Translations under genes and position numbers: made by a program | Notes under the pieces: model-generated | The model's database searches: none | Told to the model about the DNA's origin: nothing | The model's input: the letters and a program-made list of their open reading frames with translations, nothing else | Part shown: piece after piece, positions 39,618 through 49,902 of the stretch | Layout of the letters: every line of letters begins with the position of its first letter | How positions within the stretch are numbered: the first letter of the stretch is position 1 | Virus record (IMG/VR): IMGVR_UViG_3300034071_000380 | Coordinates: 14,687-78,686 of that record | Strand: one strand, 5' to 3' | DNA: 64,000 nucleotides | Origin: a virus

Positions 39618-42431
39618 TTATGCCTGTACTACTACTCTGTATGTTTCTCCTGAAACAGGAGCTACTGCAAATCCGATAGTTACTGCAGTTGTTGTAATTC
39701 TTGTAATATCTGTCTCAACTTTAGCACCTGTACTTACTTCATACACAGAAACTTGAATATCTAATGTATCAAGACCGTGTGTGATTGCAAATTCTGTTGC
39801 GCTAAATGGATTTGTTGGTGTGATAGTAGTTGCATACTTGCGTACTACAACTGCTGTATTAATTGCTACATCATCAGCATTTACTGTAATACCTGTTCCA
39901 GCGCCAACATTAAATGTTGTTCCAGATTGTGTAAGACCAGAACCTGCTGTAAATGCTCCAGCTCCTGAGAACTGTGTAAATGTTAATGCTGTTGTGCCTA
40001 ATGTTATTGCATCATCTGTTGTAAGAACCCAGCCTGTGTTTCCATTTACTGTACCTTCTGATACAAATGTAAACATTCCTGCTGTAACTTCTGCACTTAT
40101 ATTTGCATCTTCTGCACGATCTGGTGCTCCAGATTCCTTTACAACGTAGATACCATTTTCAGAAGCAGTTGCTTGATTCTTAACAAGCACACGGTTACCA
40201 GTAACAAGAGTTACTCCGTCAAGAGTATCCCCATTTTCAAGTGCTGAAGCTAATGTTACTGATTCAGTAGTTGCTACACGAACTGATGCCTTAACATCTA
40301 ATCCACTTGCAGTTGCATCTACATAAGCCTTTGTTGCAATTGTTGTTGTATCAACTGTTAGTTCGCCGCCACCTGAAAGTGATAGACCTGAACCAACGCT
40401 TAGGATTCCAGCGTTAGAGCCTTGTGTTCCTTGAGCACCAACAGTTCCTTGGGCTCCAGTGGTTCCTTGTGTACCTTCAGTTCCCTGAGTACCAACAGTA
40501 CCTTGTGTACCATCAGTTCCTTGAGTTCCTTGTGAACCTACTGTACCCTGAACGCCTGTCTCTCCTTGAGTACCTTGCGCTCCAAGTGTTCCTTGAACAC
40601 CTTGAGTGCCTTGTGCTCCAGTGGTTCCTTGTGTACCTTCAGTTCCTTGAGTTCCTTGTGTACCTTCAGCACCCTGGGCGCCTAAAGTTCCCTGAGTTCC
40701 TTGTGTACCTTCAGTTCCTTGAACACCCTGAGCTCCAAGAGTACCTTGTGTACCTTGGGCACCAACGTCACCAGTTCGGGCAAAAGTTAGTAGGACATCG
40801 TCTTCGTCTGTGAATGAACCAGAACCAGAAAGGTATGTAATATCAATGTCAAAGTAAGTAGCATTATCAACCATTGAGTTGATTGCGTACATAGCAAACA
40901 CTGAACTGTTTGACTTAAGCGAAATCTTTACATGACCCTTAATTGTTGATGTAGAATCATCAATTGTTTGTAGGTATTGATGTATGTCTGTTGATGCAGA
41001 GTTGATATCATCAATTGCAAGATGTGTTGCAGAAGATGGGGCAGCGTTAAGGCGAATGTATGTATTGCCTGGGTCTGCCATGGTTGTAGAATCATCGTAG
41101 TTGTACTCAAATGTAACACCACCGAATGAACCTTCAAGACCTTGTGCGCCTTGTGTACCATCTGTTCCTTGGGTTCCCTGTGCACCAGTAGTTCCTTGAG
41201 CACCTAGAGTGCCTTGTGTACCTTGTGCACCTTCTGTACCCTGTGTACCTTGAGAACCAACAGTTCCCTGTGTACCTTGAGAACCAACGGATCCTTGAAC
41301 TCCTTGTGTACCATCTGTACCCTGAGTTCCTTGTGAACCAACTGAACCTTGTGTACCCTCTGTTCCTTGTGAACCTACTGTACCTTGGGCACCAAGGGTT
41401 CCCTGAGTACCCTGCGTTCCTTCGGTTCCTTGAACGCCCTGAGCTCCAAGAGTACCTTGAGTTCCTTGTGCGCCAACATCACCTGTACGAGCAAATGTAA
41501 ATAGTACTGCTTCTCCATCGGTAAATGTTCCATTGCCAGATACGTAAGCAACGTCTACGTCAAACCAATTTGGTGCTGAGTCTGTAAGACCAGAAATTGT
41601 GTAGAGTGCGAAGACAGATGCATCAAACTTCTTGGATACTTTTACGTGACCCTTGATAGTTGATGTTGAGTCATCAATTGTTTGTAAAAAGTTAGAAATG
41701 TCGTAGTTGCCATCGGATGGATTATCATCTAGTGCGATGTGTGTAACTAAAGTTAAATTTGCATTATTTAGACGAGCATTATTATCGCCTGGGTCTGACA
41801 TTGTTGTGTTATTAGAATAATTGTATCCAACTGTAATACCGCCGAATGAACCTTCAGCTCCTTGAGTACCTTGAATTCCATCAAGACCTTGTGCGCCCTG
41901 TGTACCTTGAGTACCTTGCGCTCCTAATGTTCCTTGTGTGCCTTGTGAACCTTCTGTTCCCTGTGTGCCCTGTGAACCAACTGTACCTTGTACTCCGTTA
42001 GAACCATCTAAACCTTGAGCACCAGCTGTTCCCTGAGAACCAACAGTTCCTTGTGCGCCTTCTGCACCTTGTGCACCAACTGTACCTTGTGTTCCGTTAG
42101 AGCCATCTAAGCCTTGAGCACCATCAGTTCCCTGAGAACCAACAGTTCCCTGTGAACCGACTGCACCTTGTGCGCCGACTGTACCTTGTGCGCCTACTGT
42201 ACCTTGTGCGCCTTCTGTACCTTGTGCGCCAAGAGTGCCTTGTGTACCTTGTGCGCCTGTGCTAGTGTTTATCCATGCACTACCGTTCCATGAACGTAAA
42301 TATCCAAGTACTGTATCAAAATAGATTTGACCAACAACTGGTGATGCTGGTGCTGTTGATAAATTTTGAATTCTGGCATTCTGTAACTCATTTTTATTGA
42401 GGTCAATGCCTACTACAAATTTTCTTGCCAT
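39618..42431 (-). CDS. Large collagen-like tail fibre (937 aa)
   Basis: Three G-X-Q collagen segments separated by two copies of a globular domain; C-terminal ATKAYVD..SVRVATT..RVLVKNQ..ENGIY fibre domain. Confidence 0.85.
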   Translation of the reverse strand: MARKFVVGIDLNKNELQNARIQNLSTAPASPVVGQIYFDTVLGYLRSWNGSAWINTSTGAQGTQGTLGAQGTEGAQGTVGAQGTVGAQGAVGSQGTVGSQGTDGAQGLDGSNGTQGTVGAQGAEGAQGTVGSQGTAGAQGLDGSNGVQGTVGSQGTQGTEGSQGTQGTLGAQGTQGTQGAQGLDGIQGTQGAEGSFGGITVGYNYSNNTTMSDPGDNNARLNNANLTLVTHIALDDNPSDGNYDISNFLQTIDDSTSTIKGHVKVSKKFDASVFALYTISGLTDSAPNWFDVDVAYVSGNGTFTDGEAVLFTFARTGDVGAQGTQGTLGAQGVQGTEGTQGTQGTLGAQGTVGSQGTEGTQGSVGSQGTQGTDGTQGVQGSVGSQGTQGTVGSQGTQGTEGAQGTQGTLGAQGTTGAQGTQGTDGTQGAQGLEGSFGGVTFEYNYDDSTTMADPGNTYIRLNAAPSSATHLAIDDINSASTDIHQYLQTIDDSTSTIKGHVKISLKSNSSVFAMYAINSMVDNATYFDIDITYLSGSGSFTDEDDVLLTFARTGDVGAQGTQGTLGAQGVQGTEGTQGTQGTLGAQGAEGTQGTQGTEGTQGTTGAQGTQGVQGTLGAQGTQGETGVQGTVGSQGTQGTDGTQGTVGTQGTEGTQGTTGAQGTVGAQGTQGSNAGILSVGSGLSLSGGGELTVDTTTIATKAYVDATASGLDVKASVRVATTESVTLASALENGDTLDGVTLVTGNRVLVKNQATASENGIYVVKESGAPDRAEDANISAEVTAGMFTFVSEGTVNGNTGWVLTTDDAITLGTTALTFTQFSGAGAFTAGSGLTQSGTTFNVGAGTGITVNADDVAINTAVVVRKYATTITPTNPFSATEFAITHGLDTLDIQVSVYEVSTGAKVETDITRITTTAVTIGFAVAPVSGETYRVVVQA

Positions 42432-42443
42432 TTTTTTTTCTCC

Positions 42444-42899
42444 TTATGACAGGTAAGCTGTCCCTCCGAATGGTTGAGCCATCGTAAGTGTTATTTGGTT
42501 AAGACTATTATAGTCTATTCCTGTTTCTAATATATTTCCTGCACTATCCTTAATTGTTACATTAGGATAGAAACCTAAATTGTGTGCTATTACCTTTGAA
42601 TAAACTTCACTTACTGGGCCTGTTACGGACCCAATTTCCCATGTTACTGTGTGTGCGTAATTTCCAGCAGCTGCTGCACCCAAAGTAACTGTCTGTGCGC
42701 CGACCCATGTTGAATCTGATAGCTTTGGGCCATAAAATATTTTTGATACTGTGTCGTAGTAATAATCGTCTTGTAGTCCAAGGTTGTTTGCTGGTGCCCC
42801 AGATCCATTTAATATTGTTTTTCCTCTTGCACCTTGTGGGCCAGGGACTGTTACTGTAACTTGATTTCTAGATGATAAAGATGTTACTATGTTTGTCAT
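42444..42899 (-). CDS. Virion structural protein
   Basis: GSGAP..LG...DYY.D...FYGPK; HNLGFYPNVTI..GTAYLS. Confidence 0.65.
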   Translation of the reverse strand: MTNIVTSLSSRNQVTVTVPGPQGARGKTILNGSGAPANNLGLQDDYYYDTVSKIFYGPKLSDSTWVGAQTVTLGAAAAGNYAHTVTWEIGSVTGPVSEVYSKVIAHNLGFYPNVTIKDSAGNILETGIDYNSLNQITLTMAQPFGGTAYLS

Positions 42900-43246
42900 T
42901 ATATTGTCACCGACCTTGATAACGTCATAAATCCTTCAAGTATTTTAACCTTATTGGTATTGGAATCAGTAAGCATAATGTCGTATGAGGATTTTGGAAA
43001 AAACAATTTATTTGTTTGGGTAGGTGTCATTCTAATTGTGAGCTGGCCGTTGGTAGGATCAATCGTTATTCCGCCACTTGGTGAAGTTAATGTAAAAGCT
43101 AACTTGCTTCCACCTTTTGCATCACGAACCTGCATTTTAGCAGAGGCTCCAGTAAGATCTATGGCTTCGCCTTCTGGATCTTTGTATTCAACGATAAATG
43201 AGAAAGTAGCATTTTGATCTACTTCCCAATTTTTTTGTCCTGCCAT
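42899..43246 (-). CDS. Virion structural protein (BppU-N-like)
   Basis: DQNATF..IDLTGASAKMQVR..YDI..ILEG. Confidence 0.65.
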   Translation of the reverse strand: MAGQKNWEVDQNATFSFIVEYKDPEGEAIDLTGASAKMQVRDAKGGSKLAFTLTSPSGGITIDPTNGQLTIRMTPTQTNKLFFPKSSYDIMLTDSNTNKVKILEGFMTLSRSVTI

Positions 43247-43316
43247 TTACTAGTACTCCTAAATAGGAAAACTCCTATGCTTATTTTAGCATAGGAGCAA
43301 TCCTAATCGTGTTTAA

Positions 43317-43544
43317 TTACTTTGTTGACTTAAAGCCAAATTCTTTGTTACTTGGGCTAAGAGCCTTTAAAATTACTGGAGCAACGGCGGCAACGCCACC
43401 CATTAGCAAATCTCTTGGATTTGTATTTCCAGTCATGTACAAAGCAATTGCTGCTGAAAGAAATGCTCGTGCATATGTTCCTAGCGCTGCTAAAATTTCC
43501 TCTGTCATTGTAACCTTTCCGTCCTTATTTAGATCTCTGTTCAT
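43317..43544 (-). CDS. Holin-like membrane protein
   Basis: 75 aa, two hydrophobic segments, ends LSPSNKEFG. Confidence 0.6.
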   Translation of the reverse strand: MNRDLNKDGKVTMTEEILAALGTYARAFLSAAIALYMTGNTNPRDLLMGGVAAVAPVILKALSPSNKEFGFKSTK

Positions 43545-43616
43545 TTGATCATCTCCAATTTTGGGCGTTGTGCCCAGAATTTTGAGGGCATCTCCCCCAA
43601 TACTATTATTCTACCA

Positions 43617-45551
43617 TTAAGCTGAAATATCTACAATCTCACAATTTCCATCAGAGGTGCAAGCTAGGGTCTGTGTTCCACTAGTTCCATCCTCTGTCTC
43701 ATAGAAAGACAAATCTTCCCAACGAATGCTTTTGGGCATTTTGCCAAGCAGGTCTAGGTACTCTTCTTTTGTAACTTCCTGGTATGGAGCCTGCTTATAA
43801 CTGTGATCTGAATGAGGCAGGAATGAAATACCTGATACTTCATCAAAATGCTTATATACCCAAGCACCTACTTCCATCCACTCATCTTCTTTTACTGAAA
43901 CAGTAATAGATGGCTTATGTTCACACCATGCACGCTGATATACAAGCCAAATATTTAAATGTTCGATAGCTGTTAAATCATTTCTAACAATTGCACCTTC
44001 TGGTGCTTTTACTGGAAATGAAAATACGTATGTATCGTTTGGCTTCATTACATCATCTTCTACTGGAATTCCGACTTCCTTTAAAAATGTAGAAATGGGA
44101 TCTCCCTTTGAACCACGGACTGTTCTAATATAATATGGAGAATGCCAAGCATGCATACCAGAGGAAACTCCTACTAACTGAGACACTGTTCCAGATGGTT
44201 TTACGCATGTAATAGCTGCAGATTCTTGAATGCCAATCTTGTCTGCTTCATCTTTGTTTTTTTGTCTTGCTGTTTCTCTGAGTGTCATTAGAAATGCTTC
44301 TAGTGAAACTAAGTCATCTTTTCCTGACATAAATTTATGCCCAAATTGTCCAGTTAAAGACACGCCAAGTAGTCGTTCTTCCTCTGTGTTATCTTTCCAA
44401 ATTTTACGAAGATACTTAAAGTCTGTAAGAGTTGATTGCCATGTTCCAAGAATAGTGGCTAATTCTACTTTACGTTGAATATCTTTCTTTGTATCGTTTT
44501 CACGTAATACGACTTCTGAAAGATTACAAAACTGATAAGGACGGAGAATAATTTCCGAACATGGGTTTGTTCCATAGTGTATGTCTGCATCTCTTCTTCC
44601 AAATTTTGCAGCTTGTGCTTGTGCAGCTGCAACGTTGTAAATACCACGCTCTCCTGATTTTGAATCATATAGCGACTTCCATTCTGCAATAAATTGCTCC
44701 ATATCTGGCTTACGAGAATAAGCAACAGAGTTGTTTGAAAGAGCACGTTGAGAATTATTCTCCCACCAGTTTCCTGACTTTGCTTGTGCCATTTCGATAT
44801 CATTAATATTTGAAAGAGAAATCATAGCTGATCTACGAACTCCGCCAACAACAACAATCTCGCCGATCTTGCACATAATGTCATGTGCCTCAATTGGCTT
44901 AAGTTGGCGTCCTGATGCTGACTTAAACTTTGCAATTGTAAAATCAAAAAGATTGATTAGAGGTTGTGGTCCAGATGAGCGTCCACCCATTGTCTTAAGA
45001 CGAGCACCAGCTGGACGAAGTTTGCTTACATCAACTGCTGGAATCTGTCCTGACCAAAGTAAAGCAAGTAACTCACGATATGCTTTTGCCCAACCTTGCT
45101 TTGAGTCTTCAACTGTAATTACTGTAGATGACTTTTCAAATGATTCTGGGACGGCAGGAAGTTTATTAACGTACTTGTATTCAACAGAAAATCCAACACC
45201 TGTTCCACACATAAGAATATACATAGTCTCATCAAATGATCTTGGTGAGTCAACTGGGACAAATGAGCAGTTGTAGCCTGCTACATGATCTCTATCTAAT
45301 GCTGCACCAGCAGTCATTACAGATCTCATTGACGGCATTACGTTTCTGTTAAAAACTGCATCTTTAACTTCTTCTACAATTTTTTTATCTGGAACATAGT
45401 TGTGCTCTTTTAAAAGGTGGCCCATCATAAAATCAAAATATCGATCTACTGTTTCTCCCCATGTTTCTCTACGATTTTCTTCAGGCATCCATCTTGCATA
45501 GCGAGATAATGCAATAAAGTTTTCATATGGGTTTTCGATAGTTCTTGACAT
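43617..45551 (-). CDS. nrdJ: Class II (adenosylcobalamin-dependent) ribonucleotide reductase
   Basis: YNCSF, GTGVG, GGVRRSA, TNPCSEI..CNL, CVKPSGT, C-terminal CxxxxxC; no beta-subunit gene adjacent. Confidence 0.92.
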   Translation of the reverse strand: MSRTIENPYENFIALSRYARWMPEENRRETWGETVDRYFDFMMGHLLKEHNYVPDKKIVEEVKDAVFNRNVMPSMRSVMTAGAALDRDHVAGYNCSFVPVDSPRSFDETMYILMCGTGVGFSVEYKYVNKLPAVPESFEKSSTVITVEDSKQGWAKAYRELLALLWSGQIPAVDVSKLRPAGARLKTMGGRSSGPQPLINLFDFTIAKFKSASGRQLKPIEAHDIMCKIGEIVVVGGVRRSAMISLSNINDIEMAQAKSGNWWENNSQRALSNNSVAYSRKPDMEQFIAEWKSLYDSKSGERGIYNVAAAQAQAAKFGRRDADIHYGTNPCSEIILRPYQFCNLSEVVLRENDTKKDIQRKVELATILGTWQSTLTDFKYLRKIWKDNTEEERLLGVSLTGQFGHKFMSGKDDLVSLEAFLMTLRETARQKNKDEADKIGIQESAAITCVKPSGTVSQLVGVSSGMHAWHSPYYIRTVRGSKGDPISTFLKEVGIPVEDDVMKPNDTYVFSFPVKAPEGAIVRNDLTAIEHLNIWLVYQRAWCEHKPSITVSVKEDEWMEVGAWVYKHFDEVSGISFLPHSDHSYKQAPYQEVTKEEYLDLLGKMPKSIRWEDLSFYETEDGTSGTQTLACTSDGNCEIVDISA

Positions 45552-45641
45552 TTTTTGGTTACACCTTTTCTTCCGCCTTACGGATTGATTAAATTTGAAT
45601 GAGGTCTAAGTGTATCAAACTTTATTTTAGTGGGGAAGGGG

Positions 45642-46628
45642 TTAAGAAAATTTTTTAAAGATATGATCAAAAGCCTTATTAGTCAACTGATCCCAATTAT
45701 ATTCTTCATGAATCTTGGTTGACTGAGCATAATAATAACCAGAGTATGCTTTAAAGTTTAAAGATACATCTCTCATAAGTTGAGCTAGATGTCTTTGGTT
45801 TGGCTCAAAAACTTTTCCATCATGAAATGGCCATGGTGAATCAACAAGATCTGATTTTAATTTGAGGGGACCGATATAGTTATCATAATGAGCCCAATCA
45901 TAAGTTGAAATAACTGGCATACCTGTAGCAAGTGCTTGTAGTGGAATAAATCCAAAACCTTCTCCATAAGTTGGATAAATTAAAACATCATGTTCGTGAT
46001 ACAGATTAACCAATTGCTCTTCGCTATATTTTTCTGTAATTATATTAATATTATTATATATAGCATCTGGTAAACCAACTATATTCTTATCTATAAAGTT
46101 ATTATAAATTCTAGTAGTATTATGTTCATATGCTTTTATAGTTAAAGAATACTTATGATTGTTTCCATAAAGAGATGTAAATGTATCAACTACCATTTGT
46201 CCTGCTTTTCTTGGAGCAGGCTCTCCAATATGCAAAAACTTTATTACGCCATCATCTTTTCTTTTTCTAGGAGACCATATAGGATCAATTCCATGCGGAT
46301 AAACTTTTACATTTGTTATTCCATTTTTTTCAAAAACTTCTTTACACCAATTAGATGTTGTCCACACCTCATCACATTCCGCCATAACTGGTTGCCACTG
46401 TTTTGGAATTTCTGTTGATTCCCATGGAGTATAACTAATTTGATATTGATTTTTATTAAGTTGAAAATAAACTGGTTGAGAAAAATTTAATTGTACAGGA
46501 GCATTGGGATTATTAATTTCTACATTATGTCCTAATCTTCTTAAGGATTCCATGATTTTAAAACTTGCATGACCATAGCCATTAAGTATTTTAAGATTAG
46601 GTGACGGGGTTGAGAAAGATATATTCAC
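45642..46628 (-). CDS. Glycosyltransferase, GT4 family
   Basis: YTPWEST, DEVWTTS, PRK, EGFGFIPLQALATGMPVI; GTG start at 46628 with AGGA RBS. Confidence 0.85.
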   Translation of the reverse strand: MNISFSTPSPNLKILNGYGHASFKIMESLRRLGHNVEINNPNAPVQLNFSQPVYFQLNKNQYQISYTPWESTEIPKQWQPVMAECDEVWTTSNWCKEVFEKNGITNVKVYPHGIDPIWSPRKRKDDGVIKFLHIGEPAPRKAGQMVVDTFTSLYGNNHKYSLTIKAYEHNTTRIYNNFIDKNIVGLPDAIYNNINIITEKYSEEQLVNLYHEHDVLIYPTYGEGFGFIPLQALATGMPVISTYDWAHYDNYIGPLKLKSDLVDSPWPFHDGKVFEPNQRHLAQLMRDVSLNFKAYSGYYYAQSTKIHEEYNWDQLTNKAFDHIFKKFS

Positions 46629-46706
46629 AATAATTCCTAGTTGACTGACTTGACAGTAACTTACTGACAATGTTAAGATTATAGTTCGTTATCTCTAAAG
46701 GAGGAA

Positions 46707-47267
46707 ATGCCAATGGAGAATATAAAACAAAAGCTGAGCGATTTTGCTCACAGTACGACTGTAATAGTAATGATAACATTGTTTCTATTTACAAACAATA
46801 CCGTGATCCCCGCTCAAGCTTTGAAAATAGAAATACCAAAGACAGAAGTACAACTTAAGCAAGAAACCTTAGAGAAGTACAGCAATACTGTTTACAAGCC
46901 TTCGGAAATGCTTTCAGACATTGAATTGAAAGAACTACTGGCAGCAGTAGGTTTTGAAGGAAAAGCCCTTAGAACGGCTTGGGCCATTGCAAAGACGGAG
47001 TCCAACGGACGCCCCCTAGCATATAATGGCAACAGGAATACTGGAGACAGTTCCTATGGAATTTTTCAGATCAACATGTTGGGAAACCTTGGTGTTGCTC
47101 GTAAAGAAAAATTTGACCTGAGATCAAATGTACTATTATTTGATCCAGTAATAAACGCAGAGATAACGTACTATATGACCAAGGGCGGTATAAATTGGTC
47201 AGCTTGGAAGGGTTTAACCCCAAGAGCAAAGGAATTTTATTCGAAATTCCCAACTACTCAGAAGTAG
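46707..47267 (+). CDS. Membrane-anchored lysozyme-like/lytic transglycosylase
   Basis: N-terminal hydrophobic segment; AIAKTESNG..SYGIFQIN..NWSAW. Confidence 0.82.
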   Translation: MPMENIKQKLSDFAHSTTVIVMITLFLFTNNTVIPAQALKIEIPKTEVQLKQETLEKYSNTVYKPSEMLSDIELKELLAAVGFEGKALRTAWAIAKTESNGRPLAYNGNRNTGDSSYGIFQINMLGNLGVARKEKFDLRSNVLLFDPVINAEITYYMTKGGINWSAWKGLTPRAKEFYSKFPTTQK

Positions 47268-47273
47268 GAGAAA

Positions 47274-47498
47274 ATGCGTAAGATACAGTATGTATCTAAA
47301 TACATAGCACTTTCTGAAGAAGGCCTTGTACCTAGATTGGCATGTCCACTAGATCAAGGCTTTCTTCTTCCTAATCAAAACGATCAGGATGAAGTATACT
47401 TATATTGCCTTTCCTGTCAATACAAAAAATTTATAGGATTTGGTTTTTACGATGAAATTATTAAAGCGGTAAAGAAAGCTGATAAAAATGTCATGTGA
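47274..47498 (+). CDS. Zinc-ribbon protein
   Basis: CPLD...CLSC; AGGAG RBS. Confidence 0.65.
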   Translation: MRKIQYVSKYIALSEEGLVPRLACPLDQGFLLPNQNDQDEVYLYCLSCQYKKFIGFGFYDEIIKAVKKADKNVM

Positions 47499-47584
47499 AA
47501 AAGATTGTCAGTGTAATAGCACCCCAATTATTCCTATTGATAATATGGGGCGGGAAAAATTTTGGGAAGACCTAGGTAGACCAG

Positions 47585-47797
47585 ATGGAAAATGAACAAA
47601 GATCCTCAGATTTAGAAGACAACCTACCAATGGTCAACTATATTATGCTTCATCGCATATATGACCTACTAACAATTATTGCAAACAAACTAGTTGGACC
47701 AGAGGATACATCTAAGATGGTTTCATATCATGAGGAAGGGTACCTTCTTGGACCTGCCCCATCATACTCTGCTCCAGATGAAGAAACTTTATTCTAA
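47585..47797 (+). CDS. Hypothetical protein
   Basis: 70-aa ORF in operon context. Confidence 0.6.
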   Translation: MENEQRSSDLEDNLPMVNYIMLHRIYDLLTIIANKLVGPEDTSKMVSYHEEGYLLGPAPSYSAPDEETLF

Positions 47798-48134
47798 AAA
47801 CAGTTGACTTAGAATAAAAGCTATTTTACAATTGAATTGTGCGTAGTTGTAGCATCCCACATGTTCCTACGTACATATATCGCAAGATATGAGAACCCAA
47901 TCGGATCCGCCTCTGGTTGGGTTTCTTGCTTTATATACATAAAATATAGGACAATACGGTCATATAGTGCAATTAGTGCGAAAAAAGTGCTTCGGCGAGA
48001 GAAGAACCCATTTTTATCTTTACAACATTTGCTAGAATATGGCATAAAAATGCCCTGAGAGGGTTTTAAAGCCCTAACAAGGTTATTTGGTGGTATCCAC
48101 CTATCCTACCCTTAAAAGGGCGGGAGATAAAAAG

Positions 48135-48326
48135 TTATCCCTTTTCACCATTATATAAAGCAACATAATTAACAAGATTAACTGTTCTATTTGTACCATA
48201 GCCACCAGATTTTTCTAATTGGTCCAAAGCTGTTGGTTTATCCTTAGCAAGGGATTGTACTAACATTTCGACTTTATATGTGTAACAAGAGGAATTTTCT
48301 GTTGTTCCCACTTTTTTTGTAGCCAT
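48135..48326 (-). CDS. Hypothetical protein
   Basis: 63-aa ORF with a purine-rich RBS. Confidence 0.45.
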   Translation of the reverse strand: MATKKVGTTENSSCYTYKVEMLVQSLAKDKPTALDQLEKSGGYGTNRTVNLVNYVALYNGEKG

Positions 48327-48737
48327 TGTATTACTTCCCTATTATTCTAGTTGACTAGGATTTTAGTCTTATATAATGTTAATATAATATTATTTTTAAT
48401 GTTTCATCTGGAAATTAGATTTTTAGCAAACCCCCCCTACCCCCCTTTTTTTAACTTAAAGGAAAGTAGAGAAAGTTCACAAAGATCATATGCAATACAT
48501 CTGGCATATTGAGTTCTTAGTGTAACCCCCGAAACCTTTCCAATTGTAACATGGGACATTTTTGTAGGTCAAGCTTTTTTAGATTTTACAAAATGTTAAT
48601 AGGATTTTATCTTGTATGATACATACATTAGAAATGTCCGTTTTGTCTGTATAGTGCTCCCATAAATGGCTATTTGTGACCCTTATCACATACCTTTTTT
48701 TAGAAATGTCCTTAATGTCCGAATTTGGACTTGCAAT

Positions 48738-48760
48738 TTGTCAGTGCCTTAGTATAGTCT
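48738..48760 (+). promoter_or_regulatory. PafBC/RecA-NDp-type promoter
   Basis: TTGTCAGTG-ccttagta-TAGTCT. Confidence 0.75.
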
Positions 48761-48807
48761 TAATACATAAGGTTAAGAAAGGTTCTTAACAGAAAGGAGT
48801 TAGATAA

Positions 48808-48990
48808 ATGACTAACTCAATTTTTGCGAAAGTTGCTAAATCAAGCGACTTTCCTGCAGGTTTAATGAATACCTGCCAATGCGGACAGGTTGTTTTAGCC
48901 CCCGCTACAATTCACGACATTTGCCTACCAAATGGCACTTGCCTACATACCGCTTGCGGTAGAGACATTTGGGGAAACCCAATCGCCTAA
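48808..48990 (+). CDS. Small Cys/His-rich early protein
   Basis: AAGGAG RBS; follows a promoter. Confidence 0.6.
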   Translation: MTNSIFAKVAKSSDFPAGLMNTCQCGQVVLAPATIHDICLPNGTCLHTACGRDIWGNPIA

Positions 48991-49007
48991 CGGCGTGTCT
49001 CCCCAAT

Positions 49008-49030
49008 TTGTCACCGCTATCCGCTACAAT
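49008..49030 (+). promoter_or_regulatory. PafBC/RecA-NDp-type promoter
   Basis: TTGTCACCG-ctatccgc-TACAAT. Confidence 0.72.
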
Positions 49031-49064
49031 TCCTACTATAACTACTAACGAAAGGTCATAACAA

Positions 49065-49208
49065 ATGACACTAGATGAATACAGAGAATACCAGCAAGCC
49101 CAGTACGCTAAACAGCGTGAGGCTAATAAGGCTAAGATAAATGCTATGTTCTCTACTACTAACCGCCCTCTAACTAATGACTACCTACTAGCGAAAGAAG
49201 AAAACTAA
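49065..49208 (+). CDS. Small early protein (47 aa)
   Basis: GAAAGG RBS; MTLDEYREY... Confidence 0.6.
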   Translation: MTLDEYREYQQAQYAKQREANKAKINAMFSTTNRPLTNDYLLAKEEN

Positions 49209-49375
49209 TGACTATCACTTACTCAATTTGGCAAGGCTCTAAACTAATCTCTGTGAACAATGTTGCACATGAGGTCAAGGCTATTGACCACCTAATCAAT
49301 TCACTAAACGATAGCGAACTAGGCAAGGGTAAGAAATTTACCGCTAATGTAATGGACATCAAGGTAGGAGAATAA
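49208..49375 (+). CDS. Small early protein (55 aa)
   Basis: TAATG-coupled; MTITYSIWQG... Confidence 0.6.
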   Translation: MTITYSIWQGSKLISVNNVAHEVKAIDHLINSLNDSELGKGKKFTANVMDIKVGE

Positions 49376-49378
49376 TAA

Positions 49379-49564
49379 ATGACTAAATGGGATACTATAC
49401 AAGCAGATGTTGCAGACCAATACGCACACCTAGATGAGGAGGAGGCACTTATGGAGTGGCTAGGAGAAGAAGAAGATGTTTTTGGTTTTGCTAAGGCTAT
49501 TGAGATTGACCACTTAACAGATGAACAATTAGATGAGGTCTTTAACATGTTTGGAGATAAGTAA
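49379..49564 (+). CDS. Small acidic early protein
   Basis: AGGAG RBS. Confidence 0.65.
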   Translation: MTKWDTIQADVADQYAHLDEEEALMEWLGEEEDVFGFAKAIEIDHLTDEQLDEVFNMFGDK

Positions 49565-49902
49565 TGAGCATAAGCGGATTAGTATTTAGAATAAATGACT
49601 ATGGCATGGAGTTAGATAGTTTCTTAGGGGCTATCTATCTACCATGGCACACTATTGCCACCGCCGTTTTTATTACTGTTGCTTATAAGATCTACAAGGT
49701 AAGGAGAGATAAATGGTAGTAATACTATGCGCCATGGTAGGTTTTGGTGTGGCGTATCTCATAGCTAACTAACGGCGTGTCTCCTTGACAATTCAGGGAG
49801 ACCGCCCCTATCTTTTGTGGGCGTTATCCACAGGGGTGATTAAGAGGGTGTGGATAAACACCCTGGATTTTGTGAGCAACATCACATCAAATAGATTAGG
49901 TT

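Noticed and set aside
30076-42431. Diversity-generating retroelement acting on fibre genes
   Set aside because: No reverse transcriptase in the window, and the internal duplications do not show adenine-specific differences.
633-45276. Many plus-strand ORFs and alternative-frame ORFs in the track overlapping structural genes (e.g. 6189..6902, 13882..14472, LEHKVQ repeats at 20251..20958)
   Set aside because: Antisense or off-frame shadows of long, well-supported minus-strand genes; low-complexity collagen/Gly codons explain them.
47505-47527. TTGTCAGTG match
   Set aside because: No TAnnnT at the 8-nt spacing (CCCCAA), and it lies in a probable short Cys-rich coding stretch.
47821-48058. Overlapping ORFs 47821..48045 (-) and 47837..48058 (+)
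   Set aside because: No RBS or recognisable motif; the region looks non-coding.
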